A stretch of 64,000 bases of DNA. Source: Vicugna vicugna (taxonomy: Eukaryota). The notes beneath the pieces are model-generated. The model was not told the origin of the DNA, made no database searches, and saw only the letters and a program-made list of their open reading frames with translations. The stretch is taken from NCBI GenBank assembly GCA_013265495.1, contig MU058540.1:829696-893695 (forward strand), given 5' to 3'. The position numbers and the translations under genes were made by a program. Below are positions 1 through 12,200 of the stretch, one piece after another (position 1 is the stretch's first letter; each line of letters opens with the position of its first letter).

Positions 1-270
1 CTTCGACCCTCTCACCTCCTAGATAAAAACTAAGATCCCAGGAAGTGCTTGGCGGTGCCCAGCCCCAGACTGGTCTCTGCTCTTCCAGCCTCTCCTCCAA
101 TTCACTCAGCGCCGACCCAAACCCTCTGAGGCCCCTCTCAGAGCTTATCTTTCCAGATGCCCTGGGGATCCTCTGGGGGTGTGTTCTCCTTTGTTGCAGC
201 AAGCTAAATAAACCTAATTTTTAAATTACAGATGTGATCCTGGTGGCATTTGGTTGTTGGGCTTTGCGCA
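1..270 (+). mobile_element. 3' part of an ERVL-class LTR (MER74/LTR-like), truncated by window start
   Basis: ATAAAA at ~22, AATAAA at ~207 followed by a GT-rich tract ending in ..CA; resembles R/U5 of an LTR. Confidence 0.45.
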
Positions 271-349
271 TCCAACAGACATTTAAACCACAGCGTTCCA
301 GGCAATGATGTGGTGAAGAAAAGCAACAGAATCCGAAACCGTGTGGCTT

Positions 350-1710
350 CAAGACAGACATGAAATGTGATCAGTGGAATAGAATCGAGAGTCCAGAAAT
401 AAAATCATGTGTTCACGGTTAACTGATTTCAGTAAGGGTGCCAAGACCATTCAATGCAGGAAGGGAATAGTTTTTTCAACAAATGGTGATGAAACAACTG
501 GGTAGCCACATGCAAAAGAATTAAGTTGGATCCTTACCTCACATCATAAACAAAAAGTAATGCAAAATGGATCAAAGAACTAAATGTAAGAGCTAAAACT
601 ATAAAGTTCTTAGAAGGGGACGTGGGGATAAATCTCCATAACAGATTTGGCAATGGATTCTTATGTATGACATGAAAAGCACAAGCAATAAATAACAAAA
701 AAATAAATTGGACTTCATGAACATTAAAAACTTGTGTGCCTCAGAAGACACTATCAAGAAAATAGAAAGACATGCCATAGAATAGGAGAAAGTATTTGCA
801 AATCAGATATCCAAAAAGGGACCTGTATCCACAATAAACAACTCCACAATCAATAATAAAAAAAGACAATCCAATTTAAAAATGAACAAAATATCTGAAT
901 ATTTTTCCAAGGAAGATATACAAATAGCCAATAAGCACATGAAAAGATGCTTGACACTGTTAGTCATCAGGAAATGCAAGTCAAAATCACAGTGAGATCC
1001 TACTTCACACCCACTAGGATGGCTATGATCTAAATATCAGATAACAAGTGTTCAGGAGATCTAAACCCTCAGACACAGGTGTTGGGAATGTAAAATGGTG
1101 CAGCCACTTTGGAAAGTCATCTGGCATAAAAAATGAAACATAAAGTTGCCATATGACCCAGCAATTCCACTAATATTAGGTATACACCTAAGAGAGGTGA
1201 AAACCCATGTCCACACAAAAACCTGCACATGATTATTTATAGCAGCATTATTGACAGTAGCCAAAAGTTGGAAACAAGCCAAGTATCTGATGCATGAATG
1301 AGCAAAACGTTGTCTATCCATACAATGAAATATTATTCAGCTATAAAAAGGAGTGAAGTACTGCTTCATGCTACAACGTGGATGAACCTTGAAAACATCA
1401 TGTTAACTGAAAGAAGCCAGACACAGAAGGTCACATATTGTATGATTCCATTTATATGAAATGTCCAAAGTGGGAAAATCTGTAAAGACAAAGTAGATTA
1501 GTGGTTGCTGGAGGGGTGGGGGTGGAATGATAGCTAAAGGGTATGGGGCTTCTTTTTGAGGTGATGAAAATATTCTAAACATTGACCAGTGATGGTTGCA
1601 TATCTCTGTGATTATACTAATTCAATGTCTACTATTACATTGTACACTTTAAGTAAGTAAATTGTATGGTATGTAAATTCTATCTCAATAAAACAGTTTA
1701 AAAGAAAATA
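350..1710 (+). mobile_element. L1 (L1MB-like) 3' ORF2 remnant plus 3' UTR, 5'-truncated
   Basis: Typical L1 ORF2 end (tggaatagaatcgagagtccagaaataaa, aaatgtaagagctaaaactataaa, gacccagcaattccact) and 3' UTR ending tatctcaataaaac plus A-rich tail. Confidence 0.92.
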
Positions 1711-1856
1711 TGGGTGACAGTGTAACTCAGTGGTAGAGGGTGTGCTTAGCATGCACGAGGTCCTGGGTTCAATCCCCAGTACCTCCATTAAAAATAAACA
1801 AACTTAATGACCTCCCCCCAGCAAAGGAAAGAAAAACAATTTAATAAAAAAAAAAG
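1711..1856 (+). mobile_element. tRNA-Ala-derived SINE (camelid Vic-1-like)
   Basis: A box (taactcagtggtagag), cttagcatg anticodon-like loop, B box (ggttcaatccc), A-rich tail; 12-bp TSD taaaagaaaata at 1699-1710 and 1857-1868. Confidence 0.9.
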
Positions 1857-2049
1857 TAAAAGAAAATAGACTCAGGCCCTTCCCCATGGAAGCTCCATTC
1901 TAGAGAAGGTCGGCATAAAACAGACCACCCCACGAATGTATAGTGTCCACTGATACAAGGACTATAATGGAAAAGCAGAGAGAGCTGTGAGACCAGGCAG
2001 GGATGGCTGGGGAGCAGGTGTCAGCAAAGGCTGCTCTGGGGAAGTGACT

Positions 2050-2660
2050 TTTTTAAATGTCTTTTTTATTTTATAGATTTACTAAGCTATATTTTATAAA
2101 CATTTTATATATCATAAAATTCACCCATTTCAAATGTACAATTCAACAATGCTTAGTAAATTTACTGTGTTGTGCAACCATCACTATAACCCAGTTTTAG
2201 TTTAATCACCCCAGTAAGATTCTTTAAACCTATATACAGTTAGTCCCATTCCTGGCAACCACTAACCAACTATCTGTGCATTTGCCTTTTCTGGAAATTT
2301 TATATACGTGGAATCACACAGTGTGTGATGCCATATGTCTGGCTTCTTTCACTTAGCATATTTTGAAATCCATGTCATAGCAGGTACCACTGGTTAATGC
2401 CGTATTATTACTGAATACTCAATTGGATGGATGGACCTCATTTTGTTCATCCATCCCCTGGGTGATGGACAATTGCTCCCAGTTGGGAACTATTATGAAC
2501 AAAGCTGAAATAAACATTTCACAGCTAGTCTTTGTGTGGACCTGTATTCCCATTTCTTGGGTAGATTCCTAGGAGTGGAATTGCTGGACCATGTGATACA
2601 TTGAACTTTTTAAAAAATGACCCCTCTATTTTCCAAAGTCTCATCATGTTACATTCTGTA
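2050..2660 (-). mobile_element. L1 (L1MA/MB-like) 3' end
   Basis: Reverse-complement L1 3' UTR: cataaaattcacccatt..tgtacaattc, cttctttcacttagcata, cctaggagtggaattgctgg. Confidence 0.88.
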
Positions 2661-2994
2661 GGAAAGTGATATTGAAGCTGAGACCTAATGATGAGAAGGA
2701 GCCGGGCCTGCACTGTGCTGGGGAGGGCGATACAGCAGGGCAGACAGGGATGGGCAGCGCACAAGAAGGCCCGGGAAGGTGAATGCTTACCTGGGTAGAG
2801 CAGCTGGTTCCCTTCGGGAAATGGGTAAAATTCATTATATTGAACCACCTGGGAGAATATGAAAAAGAGTCTGTCCGAGAGAACGAGGCCCCAGGGGTAG
2901 GTCAGTGTGTATGCTGGGTGTGTGGGGTAAACGTGGGAGAACAGGACCATGTGACATGTTGGAAGTTGGCCATTCAGGGCACAGCTGGAGGAGA

Positions 2995-3170
2995 CAGCAC
3001 CAACTTTGGAGTGAGGGCGACCTGGGTTGAATTCCAGCTCAATCTCTGATAGGTTGGGCATGTTTCCTAACCTCTCTGAGCCTCAGTCTCCTTGGCTGTA
3101 AAATGGGGCTAACGTCACCCTGTCATAGGAGGCTCTGAGAACTGGCAATCACATGTCATGTCAAGAACTT
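2995..3170 (+). mobile_element. MIR SINE
   Basis: Core aacctctctgagcctcagtctcc..tgtaaaatgggg. Confidence 0.85.
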
Positions 3171-3289
3171 GGCTGGAAGGGACCAGAAGCAGCAGATGTG
3201 CTGCGGGGAGCTCCCCAAAAGTTCAGTGCAGCTGAAGTGAGGACGGAGGGCTCATCTTGGGGGCCTGGGGCCTGGAGGCTACAACTCTA

Positions 3290-3690
3290 CCCTGGAGGCA
3301 GTGAGAAACCACTGGAGGACTCTTGAGCTGGCCATGGTGGGAGGCCCTGGTGACTGGGCAGAGAAGGGGCCTGAGCAGGGAAAGACAGAGGAGGGGCCAA
3401 GTCATTAGGAGGGGATAAGTCATTAAGAGGGGACTGCATGAACCCAGGCAAGATTATAAGAGCCCGGAGGAGGCAGTGGGAGAGGATGTTAAGGGAGTGG
3501 AGGGCTGGCTTGGTGATGGAGTTGGGGCAGGGCTTAGGGGAGAAGTCTAGCCTGTCTCCAAGTATCTGGCTTAGGCTAAACACATGGAGGGAACTGAAGG
3601 CTGGGACACAGAATGGAGTGGAAAGAAGGCCAGAGGCAGTGAGGTGTTCCATTTGGACACACTGGGTTTGAGGCGTCTCTGGAGGGCACC
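3290..3690 (-). mobile_element. L2 LINE fragment
   Basis: G/A-rich antisense L2 pattern (gaaaccactggagg.., gaggtgttccatttggacacactgggtttgagg). Confidence 0.6.
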
Positions 3691-4232
3691 CACCAGCTCC
3701 ATGACAGATTGTAGACAAGAGGACCCTGTTTCCAGGAGACTCAGGGCGTGGACTCATGTGTCCTCAGGGGCGGTCCCCTCAGGCCTTGGCACAGACGTGC
3801 CTGCTGCCACTGATCTTAGGGAAGAGTCACTCTCCTCCCTCATCCGTCTTGCTACAAGCCCAGAACAGATCCTTCCTTTATTCCCATCCTCCCTGTAGGG
3901 TCCCAGCTGTGGATTTCAAAAGTCCCTGAAAGTTTGGGAATAAGTGTCTCTTGGCATGGAGGCTGGATTCCCTGGAATGAGCGTTCCAGGAGACCAGGCT
4001 TCTGATGAGCCAGCCTTGGAAGTCATGTGGCATCAGTTCTACCAGATGGTTTGGGCCAATCCAGGTTCAAAAGCAGGGGACTACACAAGGCCAGAAGACC
4101 CAGAGGTGTGGTGTCACAGAGACAGGAGGCTGGACCACAGACAAAGTTTGGGCATGAGCAGCAGCATGTACATGCTGATCAAAAGCCCAGAAATGGACGA
4201 GTTCTGCGTGCACTTGAGCATGCGTGAGGCAT

Positions 4233-4300
4233 GGGTGTGTGTGTGGTGTGGGGGTGTGTGTGTGTGGTGGGCGCTGTGTGGTAGGTGCAGTGTGAGGTAG
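4233..4300. repeat. Degenerate (TG)n/(GTGTG)n simple repeat
   Basis: Directly visible. Confidence 0.8.
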
Positions 4301-4719
4301 TATCTGTGCCTGTACAAGGTTGGGAGCTGGAGGGTGGCAGAGAATAAGTGGGATTCACGGGAGGGATGTGTCCTTCAATTAGCCTTCAAGTGTTGGACTC
4401 CCTTTTCTGCTGCCTCCCACTTTCTTCCCTTAGCACCTCTGCCACCTTCAGAGCCACCCCAGCCACTGTCAGGCAGCCCATGGTCCCTCCTCGCGCTGCA
4501 CTCACTGAGGGCAACAGGCCCAGGTGGAAGCCCTGCAATGAGGCGAATGGGGATCATGGAGGCCTCTGCCTCGTCAGCAGTTCCCAGAGGACACCGGTCT
4601 TGTCATAGGAGGCCTCCAGGGAGGGTGTGGGGGTGTAGCCCACCTGCCCGGGGTCTGGGGTGTGATCTATGCAAAGGTCCCTCAGCCAAAAGTCAGGAGT
4701 CCGGGGTCCAGTCCCGCCA

Positions 4720-4805
4720 CGTGACTGTAAGTAGATCATTTGCATTCTCTGAGCCAAATAAAAGAACTGAATTAGATCCCCTAAGATTCCATCCAGAGTC
4801 CCAGG
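4720..4805 (+). mobile_element. MIR3-like fragment
   Basis: gtgact..tctctgagcc..actgaattagatcccctaagattccatccag. Confidence 0.55.
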
Positions 4806-5416
4806 GTTGCACAAGGCTCCATTCAGCCCCTCTCGTACTCTCTGTCTCTCTTTCATTTGTGCTCTCCTACTTTCTCAGGTGAAACCACTGGGCTGCAGAG
4901 GCAGGAAAGCACCTAAGCTCCAGAGGTCATCTCAGGCAGCCCCCTGCAGGGGTGCCAGCGTCATCTCTGTCTGAGCCAGAGGCCCTCATCTGTCAGGCAA
5001 AGCCCAGTGGCTGCAGGGAGGGAGCAGAGGGGGAGTTAATCTTCCCTGGAATATTAATGGCCCCGTCAGGAGTGCTGGGGACGAGCTGAGCAGCAATCTG
5101 CCTTTATTAAAGAGGCGGGCGCCAGCTGGAGCTCAGGGGCCCCGGGAGACAGAAGACGAAAAAGCAAAGGCAGCGGGAGGAGCCAGGGGGACTGGGCGGC
5201 AGGTGGGCAGCGGAGGGGGTGCCCACTGCCACCTGGGCCTCAGAGTCCCCTCCCACCCTCCACCACTCCATTACCCTCTACCCCCACCTCCTCACCTCTT
5301 CTGCCCCTTCCTCCAGGAAGACTTCCGGCAGTCATGCTTGTCTGGGACTCCCGGACAGCCTCCATTTGGACTGTGCTTGTCACCCAGACTTGCTGCCCTC
5401 CCTGTAATGGTCTAAC

Positions 5417-5593
5417 CTGGTGGTTCTCAGCCCTGCTGCACACTAGAATCAGCTGGAGCACTTTAGCCATCCTGAGGTCCCGCCCACACCCAGGGATCCT
5501 AATTGAAGCAGTCAGGGGAGGGCCTCATTGCGGATATTAACATGTTGTTAGTTGTCCAGGTGCTGCCCAGGGCTTCCAGGTTGAGAAGCACTG
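5417..5593. mobile_element. MER5-like hAT-Charlie MITE
   Basis: Terminal inverted repeats ctggtggttctcag / ttgagaagcactg; internal cactagaatcagctggag. Confidence 0.8.
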
Positions 5594-5650
5594 CCTGACC
5601 TGGGGGATCCCCCTCACCTCTACCAGCACCCAGTTGCGGCTACCAAGGGT

Positions 5651-5858
5651 GCTTACACTTATGTGTGCTCACTGAGAGCCAGGCCCAGTTCTCCATGCTT
5701 TATACACTTACTAACCCCCTACAAGAACCCAGGGACTCAACTATTATGCCCCAGTTTATAGATGGGGAAACTGAGGAACAGAGAGTTTAAGTAACTTGTC
5801 CAAGGTCACACACACACAGGCAGTGGGGCTCCAAACCTGGGCTCTTAACCACTCTGCC
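5651..5858 (-). mobile_element. MIR SINE
   Basis: tttatagatggggaaactgagg..aagtaacttgtccaaggtcacac..ctcttaaccact. Confidence 0.9.
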
Positions 5859-7094
5859 TGGAACCTGCGAAAGGGAGTTGGTGAAGAGAAAGGCTCAAAT
5901 CTCAGATCCTTCGGGAGGAGACACAGGACAGTCCAGCCAGCTCACTAGGAACTGAGTTTTTTTCTGGAAACAGATGCAAGGGACTCAAGTCAGGTGCTGG
6001 GGTAGGGAGCAGTGGGGGTCAGAGGGAGAGAGCAAGGCGTGGTGACAGCAAGCCTGGGCAAGCCTGATCAAAGGCCTGGGCAGTTCTCAAAGAGCTTCCC
6101 TTCCACCATTTGCCTGGCGGCCCTCTGAGGCCGGTTTCAATGCTGGTATTACTGATGGAGAAACAGAGGCTAGGAGTGGTGCGGGGCCAAGCCAACCTCT
6201 CAAGCTGGCGTGGATAGGGGCTGCCAGGGGCTGCATGTGAGAAGGTGCACAGCACAAGAATTTCCTCCTTGACTCAGCGTGTGTGTGCCCGGCGTGTGGG
6301 GTGTGCAGGCATTGGGGGAGGCACACGTGCCCTGAGCACACCTGGATGCCTGGCCCCGTACCTCACACCAGGGCCCTGAGGGCATGCACGCTCAGGAAGC
6401 AGAGTGCTCCGACTTCATGGGCCATTGGTTCCCCTATGAATAAGCCAGCGTGGGAAGGAGGCATCGTTTAGCCAGCTCTCACTCCACTTAAATATTTAAG
6501 TCACTATCGGCGCAGGGTTATGAAGCTGAGATTAACCACTGGCCCTGTGGCTGGAAGCAATATGTATTTTGTATTTTTTTCTCTTTCTCTTGAGCTTTTT
6601 TTCTGTTCACCACATTGAATCAATTTATTAAAGTTACAATCGATTTGTTCTGATTCCCCAACAGTGAAGAAGAGAAATGAGGCCTTGGGGCTCCAGGGCC
6701 AAATTTCACTCATTACAGTGAACCTGCAACAGCCAGAGGGGGCCCCGCCAACCCATCGCATGACATCTGCCCCACTCACCACTGAGCTGTCCCAACCCTC
6801 CAGTCGGGAGGCTACCCACAGTTCCCAGGAGATGGGGACACGCCCACCCCCAGCTGCATCCTGAACCCTGGAGCCCCCTGTCTCTGACCCCAAACATTTC
6901 AAATTGAAACCAGATTCTAGACCCACCTGCCACTCCAGAAGACGTCACAACATTTACAGTTTGCTGAGCTGTGCTTTCCAAGGCAGAACTCCACAGGATG
7001 GTGAGTAACAGACACCTCACTCCCACCCTCCAGCACTGTGCCTTGGATGCCTCCATTGGAATCATAGGTCATCAGAGAAATGACGATACCGGCT

Positions 7095-7810
7095 CACATT
7101 TATTTAGAGTTTCCCAGCAGGTGCTGTTGTATGAACTCACCCATTGGCGTCGATACTATGATTATCTCCCTTTTATTCACGGAGACACTGAGGCTGAAGA
7201 GGTTAAGTGGCTTCCCCAAGGTCACAGAGGCAGGAATGGTTGTGGCACATATAGTGGATGCACCAGCCAAAAGCTATTATCAAGCCCCTGTTCTCTTCCT
7301 TCCTTTGTGGCTGGAAAGCTTAAATGCTCATCTTCCCAGCCTTGCTTGCTGCTAGGAGTAGCCCTATGATGCAGTTTTGGCCAATGAACAAGGGGTAAAA
7401 GTCCTAGGAGCAAGCACCTCTTTCCAAATAAAGAGAAAAACCTACTAGACGAGGACCCTTCACCTCCTTTTCCCCCACTCCTCTCTGGTTGCCCTTTTTC
7501 CTTCCCCTTACTTAAGCAGAACACACACGTGATGACCAGAGGTGCAGCAGTCACCTTGTAACCACGAGGAGAAAATCATTTGCTAAATATGATGGAGCAG
7601 GAAAACAGAAGGATCACAGGTCCCAGTGGTATCCTTGAGCTACTGTACCAGCTCAGGGCTACCTTCTCCCAGACTCATTCTTGGATGAGCCAAATAAATC
7701 CCCCCTTGTTTAAGCCTCTCTACCACCATTTCCCATTACTCACTGCCGAATGCACTCCAGGCTAATAAGATTCAAATACAAGCACTTTGGCTCCAGAGCC
7801 CCTAATCACA
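7095..7810 (-). mobile_element. MIR SINE split by an MLT1 LTR (7095-7240 and 7771-7810)
   Basis: actgaggctgaagaggttaagtggcttccccaaggtcacag, resuming after the LTR as ttcaaa..ggctccagagcc. Confidence 0.7.
7241..7770 (+). mobile_element. MLT1 (MaLR) solo LTR
   Basis: Starts tgtggc; ttttggccaatga, gcagcagtcaccttgtaaccacgagg, aaataaatcc..ttgtttaagcc. Confidence 0.8.
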
Positions 7811-7838
7811 GCAATCTTGTCCCACATGTCACTGAATT

Positions 7839-8429
7839 TGTAGAGGACATACTTGGAGGCTCTGCGAGATACACCCTCTTTGGGATCTCCTCCCACCCCT
7901 AACTGAAGGGCAGTTTACGCCAAGTAACTTGGCAGCTGCCTGAGTGCAGCTCATTGGCTTCAAAGTGGACACCTGACCAAGAGCCAAGCCAATTAGATTC
8001 TTCCTCAAGAATTTGAACCAAGCTTGGCACTTGCTCTCACGTGGAGAACATGATGATGTGCTGCTCAGATCCCTATTTAGGGCTGCTGATGGGAGACACT
8101 GCTCAGCTGTCGCCCCTTTGAAGGGCGAGCCTCACCCTCTCAGGAAACCCAACCCATGATGCAAGAGCTGGAAGGACCTGAGACATGGAGGCCGAAGAGA
8201 CCATGTCATCCTTGAACAGAGATATGAAGCAAGAGCCTGGAGCTCAGCGAGAGGCAGGCACGTGGCTCCAGGGAGGGAGCGGATGAAGCAAGTGTCTGTG
8301 CTGATTCCTGACATCTTTCAGCTCCTGGGGTCCTGTGAGACACCCGTGATTCCTCCTAACACTCTGCTTTGTTGAGCTAGCTTAAATGGATTTCTATTTC
8401 TTGCCATCAAAATGTCCTTGAACAAGACA
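7839..8429 (+). mobile_element. ERVL-type LTR (LTR33/LTR41-like), possibly with an LTR16 fragment inside (~8050-8180)
   Basis: Starts tgta; gacacctgacc..agccaattagattc; ends tgagctagcttaaatggatttct..cttgccatcaaa..aagaca. Confidence 0.6.
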
Positions 8430-8534
8430 TGCTGCTACTCTGTTTTATGAATAAGAAACTAATGCCCAGAGAGAAGAGGCCTTCCCCGAGGTCACAGCAG
8501 GTTAATGAAAGAGCAAGGTCTCCACCCTTTATGC

Positions 8535-8850
8535 CTGTAACAGTTATTGAGGACCTCCTGTGTGCCATGAATCGTCTCGATTTGGGGTTATACCTGTGAG
8601 CAAGGCGAACATGATCCCTCCTATCACTGAGCTGACGATATGGTGAGAGAGAAGGACAAGTACAAGTTACAATACAGGGAGATAAAGGCTATGGAATCAC
8701 TTAGAAGGGGTGCTTATCCCAGGCAGGGAACCTCCGGGAAACTTCCTAGGGGAGGTGACATCTATGCCAAGGCCTACAGGAGAGCAGAGCCCTCTAGGAA
8801 GAGGGAACAGAATGTGAAAAGGCTCAGAACTGAAAGGGAGTGGTGTGTGA
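8535..8850 (-). mobile_element. L2 3' region
   Basis: ttattgaggacctcctgtgtgcca.. tccctcctatcactgagctgac.. ggaggtgacat. Confidence 0.65.
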
Positions 8851-8899
8851 ACTCTGCGTGCTGGGGTGGCCTGCTTAGCATCTTTTCCTTGGGGAGGAG

Positions 8900-9273
8900 A
8901 GGCCACAGCTTCTCTGGTCCTATGTTGCTTCTGGGAGATGGCCAGTTGCCACGCCTATGTCCCTCACCATAGGGTTAGGTCCATGACCCACTCCAGCCCA
9001 ATCAGAACCTTTCTCAAGAGTCTGCGTCTCAAATGGAGACACACAGGAGTGGCAGGTGGTAAGAGCCAAGGCACTGGCAGCAGAGCCCTAAAGAGAGTCC
9101 ACGCTACTCGGATCCCAGAGCTGCCCTGGGTCCTGTTGGATCTGGGGCCCAGTGTCTAGCTTTTCCTTCCATTCTGTGACCTGCTTCACTGTCTCTTCCA
9201 TAAATCTCCTTGTTCTTGTTTCACTTTTTCAGAGTCAATTTTTGGTGCCTGCAACCAAATAATCCTGATTTCA
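8900..9273 (+). mobile_element. 5' LTR of ERV-L provirus (LTR40-like)
   Basis: ccatgacccact..ccaatcagaa; ends cagagtc..tgcaaccaaataatcctga; abuts the ERV-L internal start aattagtaccaggagtg. Confidence 0.65.
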
Positions 9274-12200
9274 GAAATTAGTACCAGGAGTGAGATTCAT
9301 GACATAACCCTTAGGGATCTGTGAGCTACCTGGAATTGGTTTTTGTAACTCCATGGGGCCAAAATCAGTAAGGCTCTGGTTCATATTGTTTAACAGAAAA
9401 GCAGTTACCAGTGGTACATAGTAGTAAACAGCTAATCATGTTCTACCCTCCATTCACCTGGGACCATGTGCCAACTGAAAGCGAGGGACTCCAGCAGCTG
9501 CCATGGGGCAATTTACAAAGGATGAAGAGGGCTGGGACCCTAGGCTGGATGGTTGTTCCTAACATTGGATAATTTAAAGCAAGAAAATGACATGCTCAAA
9601 TCAAAATGTTCGCCTCAGGGCATAGAATAAAATTCAGGGCCATTATATGAAAAAATCTTTTATTGCATATAGTCACGGAGTTGAAATTGCTGAAGACTGA
9701 ACTTAGAGATTGATTTTGAAGTTATTGAATTACAGTGTCAGTTGAATTCACACCCTCGCTATGTCCCTTCTGTGAAAGGGAGGGCCCTGCTCAGGAAACG
9801 TTAGTCTCCTATGGGAGTGGTGATATCTGGGAGGATTACCAGGATCCTCAGCTTAAGCAGCTCACTGTCCCACCTGAGAGTTCCAGCCTGACCCACCGCT
9901 CACGGATCCCCCAGGAATAGTCATAATCCAGACTCCACGTGGTCCCAACGATACAATGCAGATTCAGGGGAGGAGAAGAGTTATACCCAGAAAGAACTGC
10001 AAGAATTCACTCACTTATCCGTCTAAGGTATGAGGACGATGTGTGGGAAGGATTTGAGAATGCATCGATCAAGCCCGGGAGGATACAAGGCTGGACTGGG
10101 CTATGTTTATTGATATGGGTGTCGTCACCAGAAATTCTGCTTTCAGGGTGCTCTTTCAGGCAGCTGGCAGACGTTCTGACATTTGCAGAAGTCACTAATG
10201 CAGATCTGAACCAAATGATGATCTGCACTAATTGGCTAAAAAGGAGAAAATCCCTGGCATAATTAGGGGAATGAAGGCAAAGCAACCAGAGGTGGGAACA
10301 CTGAATGAAGCTGTTAGTCCACATCAACTCCAGGACACTCTCCCTTCCCGCTCCCCTCGAGGATGCTAACATTGAGATAAAATCGTCACCTTGTCTTTCT
10401 TTAATCAAAAATTAGTAATGTATTTCACATATACAAAAGGCATCAAGAAGAATGTGACAAACATCTGTGAACCTCTTATCCAATTTAAGATATGAAACGC
10501 CTGAGTTCGAGTCCTCTGGGAAGCAGACAACAAGATGGGATTGAAAACGCCTGTGAAGGAAAATACTGGGGAGGCGGAGGGGTTGGGTAGAGCCGTCAAT
10601 CACTACAAAGTCTGACCATAGGGAAGGACAGAGGGAAGGGGGGGAGGCTGGGCAGGAAGAGTCCCAGACTGCAGTGCAGTTGGAAGAAAGTGTCAACAAG
10701 GCTGCGGGGAAGTCCTAGAGCCAAAAGTTGCCATGAGAGGACAGGGGTGGGTGGGGGGCTGCCTGGTATCCCAGCCAGGCCCACTCAGACTGGGTGCAGC
10801 CTGGGAAGTGTGGCCTTGACACAAATTCAGTGGAGGACTCAGTGCGGGGGCTATCAGTCAATTATGTGCAGTAGGCGATGAGCATTTTCACGGCTACACA
10901 TAACTGTCACCTCCCACATCTTTTAAATAGGCTCAGCTACTTCCTCTCTGTAGTCCAGAATTTCAGCACAAGGGCTGCTCTTGCAATGGGATTCCTAATC
11001 TTAGAGTGGATGGGAGGAGCTTGGTGGCCCAGTGCAGGTAGAGTCATGTGAAAAATAGTGGGCTTGGCCAGCCCCTAACAGGCAGAGGGCTGGTGGGGGG
11101 CGGAGCTAAGGGAATCACGGGGACAGAGATCCCTGGACATGGGAAATTAATCAAGGGTCCCTCAGGATGAAATGAGAGAGCAGCCCACTGAGGCCTCACT
11201 TGAGTCTACAACCCAAATCCTCTAGATTTGGTGAATCATGGGTTCCCTTGAGTAACTGGGATAGGATTCCGAGTCCAGGGCTGGTGTGGACCCGGAGCCT
11301 CTCAAATGCAGGGGTAAGCAGTGCCTTTGAACAAGGACCTGTTGCCACACAGAAGACATGATGAATCTTCCAACCAGCCTCCCCCAGAGGAAGCTGCTGT
11401 CCTGTCCCTGGACTGCTAAGCACAGGAAAACTGGAGGAGACGATTAGATGTGTATCTGGCTAACTCTGACTCCTGGGGGCAGGAACACCACATGGTCTGG
11501 AGGTCGGAGCAGCGCTTCAGCAGTTCAAGAATAATGCAGTTCTTACCTGAATTCACCTTGCATTAGGTTAGTGGGACCTCAACCCCCTCCAGGAGTTACT
11601 CCCCAAGTTCCTGAGAGGAAATCAAGGTGCCTGTGAGCAACAGGAAACCCACCTCCGCTTCGTGACCAGAAGACTAGGGCAGCTACAATAGGAAAGGCCA
11701 GGAGGAAGCCATTTACACTCCCAATACCTACAAATACCATCAGCTAAAGTAACACTACAACCCCAAGGAGACTGCAAAGCTGAGCGCCCCCATCAAACAC
11801 CAGAAAGATGGAGTTGTGATAACCCTGGTCACACCCCTATTCTATCACACAGACCAGCCAGTATGAAAAATGGCTTAGCCAGCAACGATGGTGCATTATA
11901 ATCTGAAGCGGGTGGTGACTGTTTGCAGCTGCTCCTCCAGATGTGGTCTCCCTGGTAGAGCAAATTAATTCAGCCCTGGGGCTTGGTATTCAGTTGCTGA
12001 TCTGGAAAATGGAATGTGCTCCATGTGATAAACAGAAAACACTAGAAGCTCTTTGCTTGCACCTGACCAGGATGGTAGGAGAATGTTACTGCCCTGCCTC
12101 AGGGATGCTGGCTTTCTAGCTCATCCTACAGCCCTGGACCATCCCCCGATCCCACTGGCATCCCCCTGCCAATGGGCTTGTGCTGTGTATCAATAGCAAA

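Noticed and set aside
1711..1790. tRNA-Ala gene (also at 18822, 45104, 54047)
   Set aside because: Degenerate stems, A-rich tails and TSDs identify these as SINEs, not tRNA genes
3399..3433. 18-bp-period tandem duplication aagtcatta(g/a)gagggga
   Set aside because: Two copies only, inside an L2 remnant; ordinary slippage
6645..6730. Splice acceptor ttccccaacag at 6664 opening a 66-aa ORF
   Set aside because: No convincing donor or homology; better explained as part of a non-coding island
9939..10262. Possible domesticated Fv1-like gag ORF
   Set aside because: Gag motifs are spread over different frames with stops; the listed ORF is largely out of the gag frame
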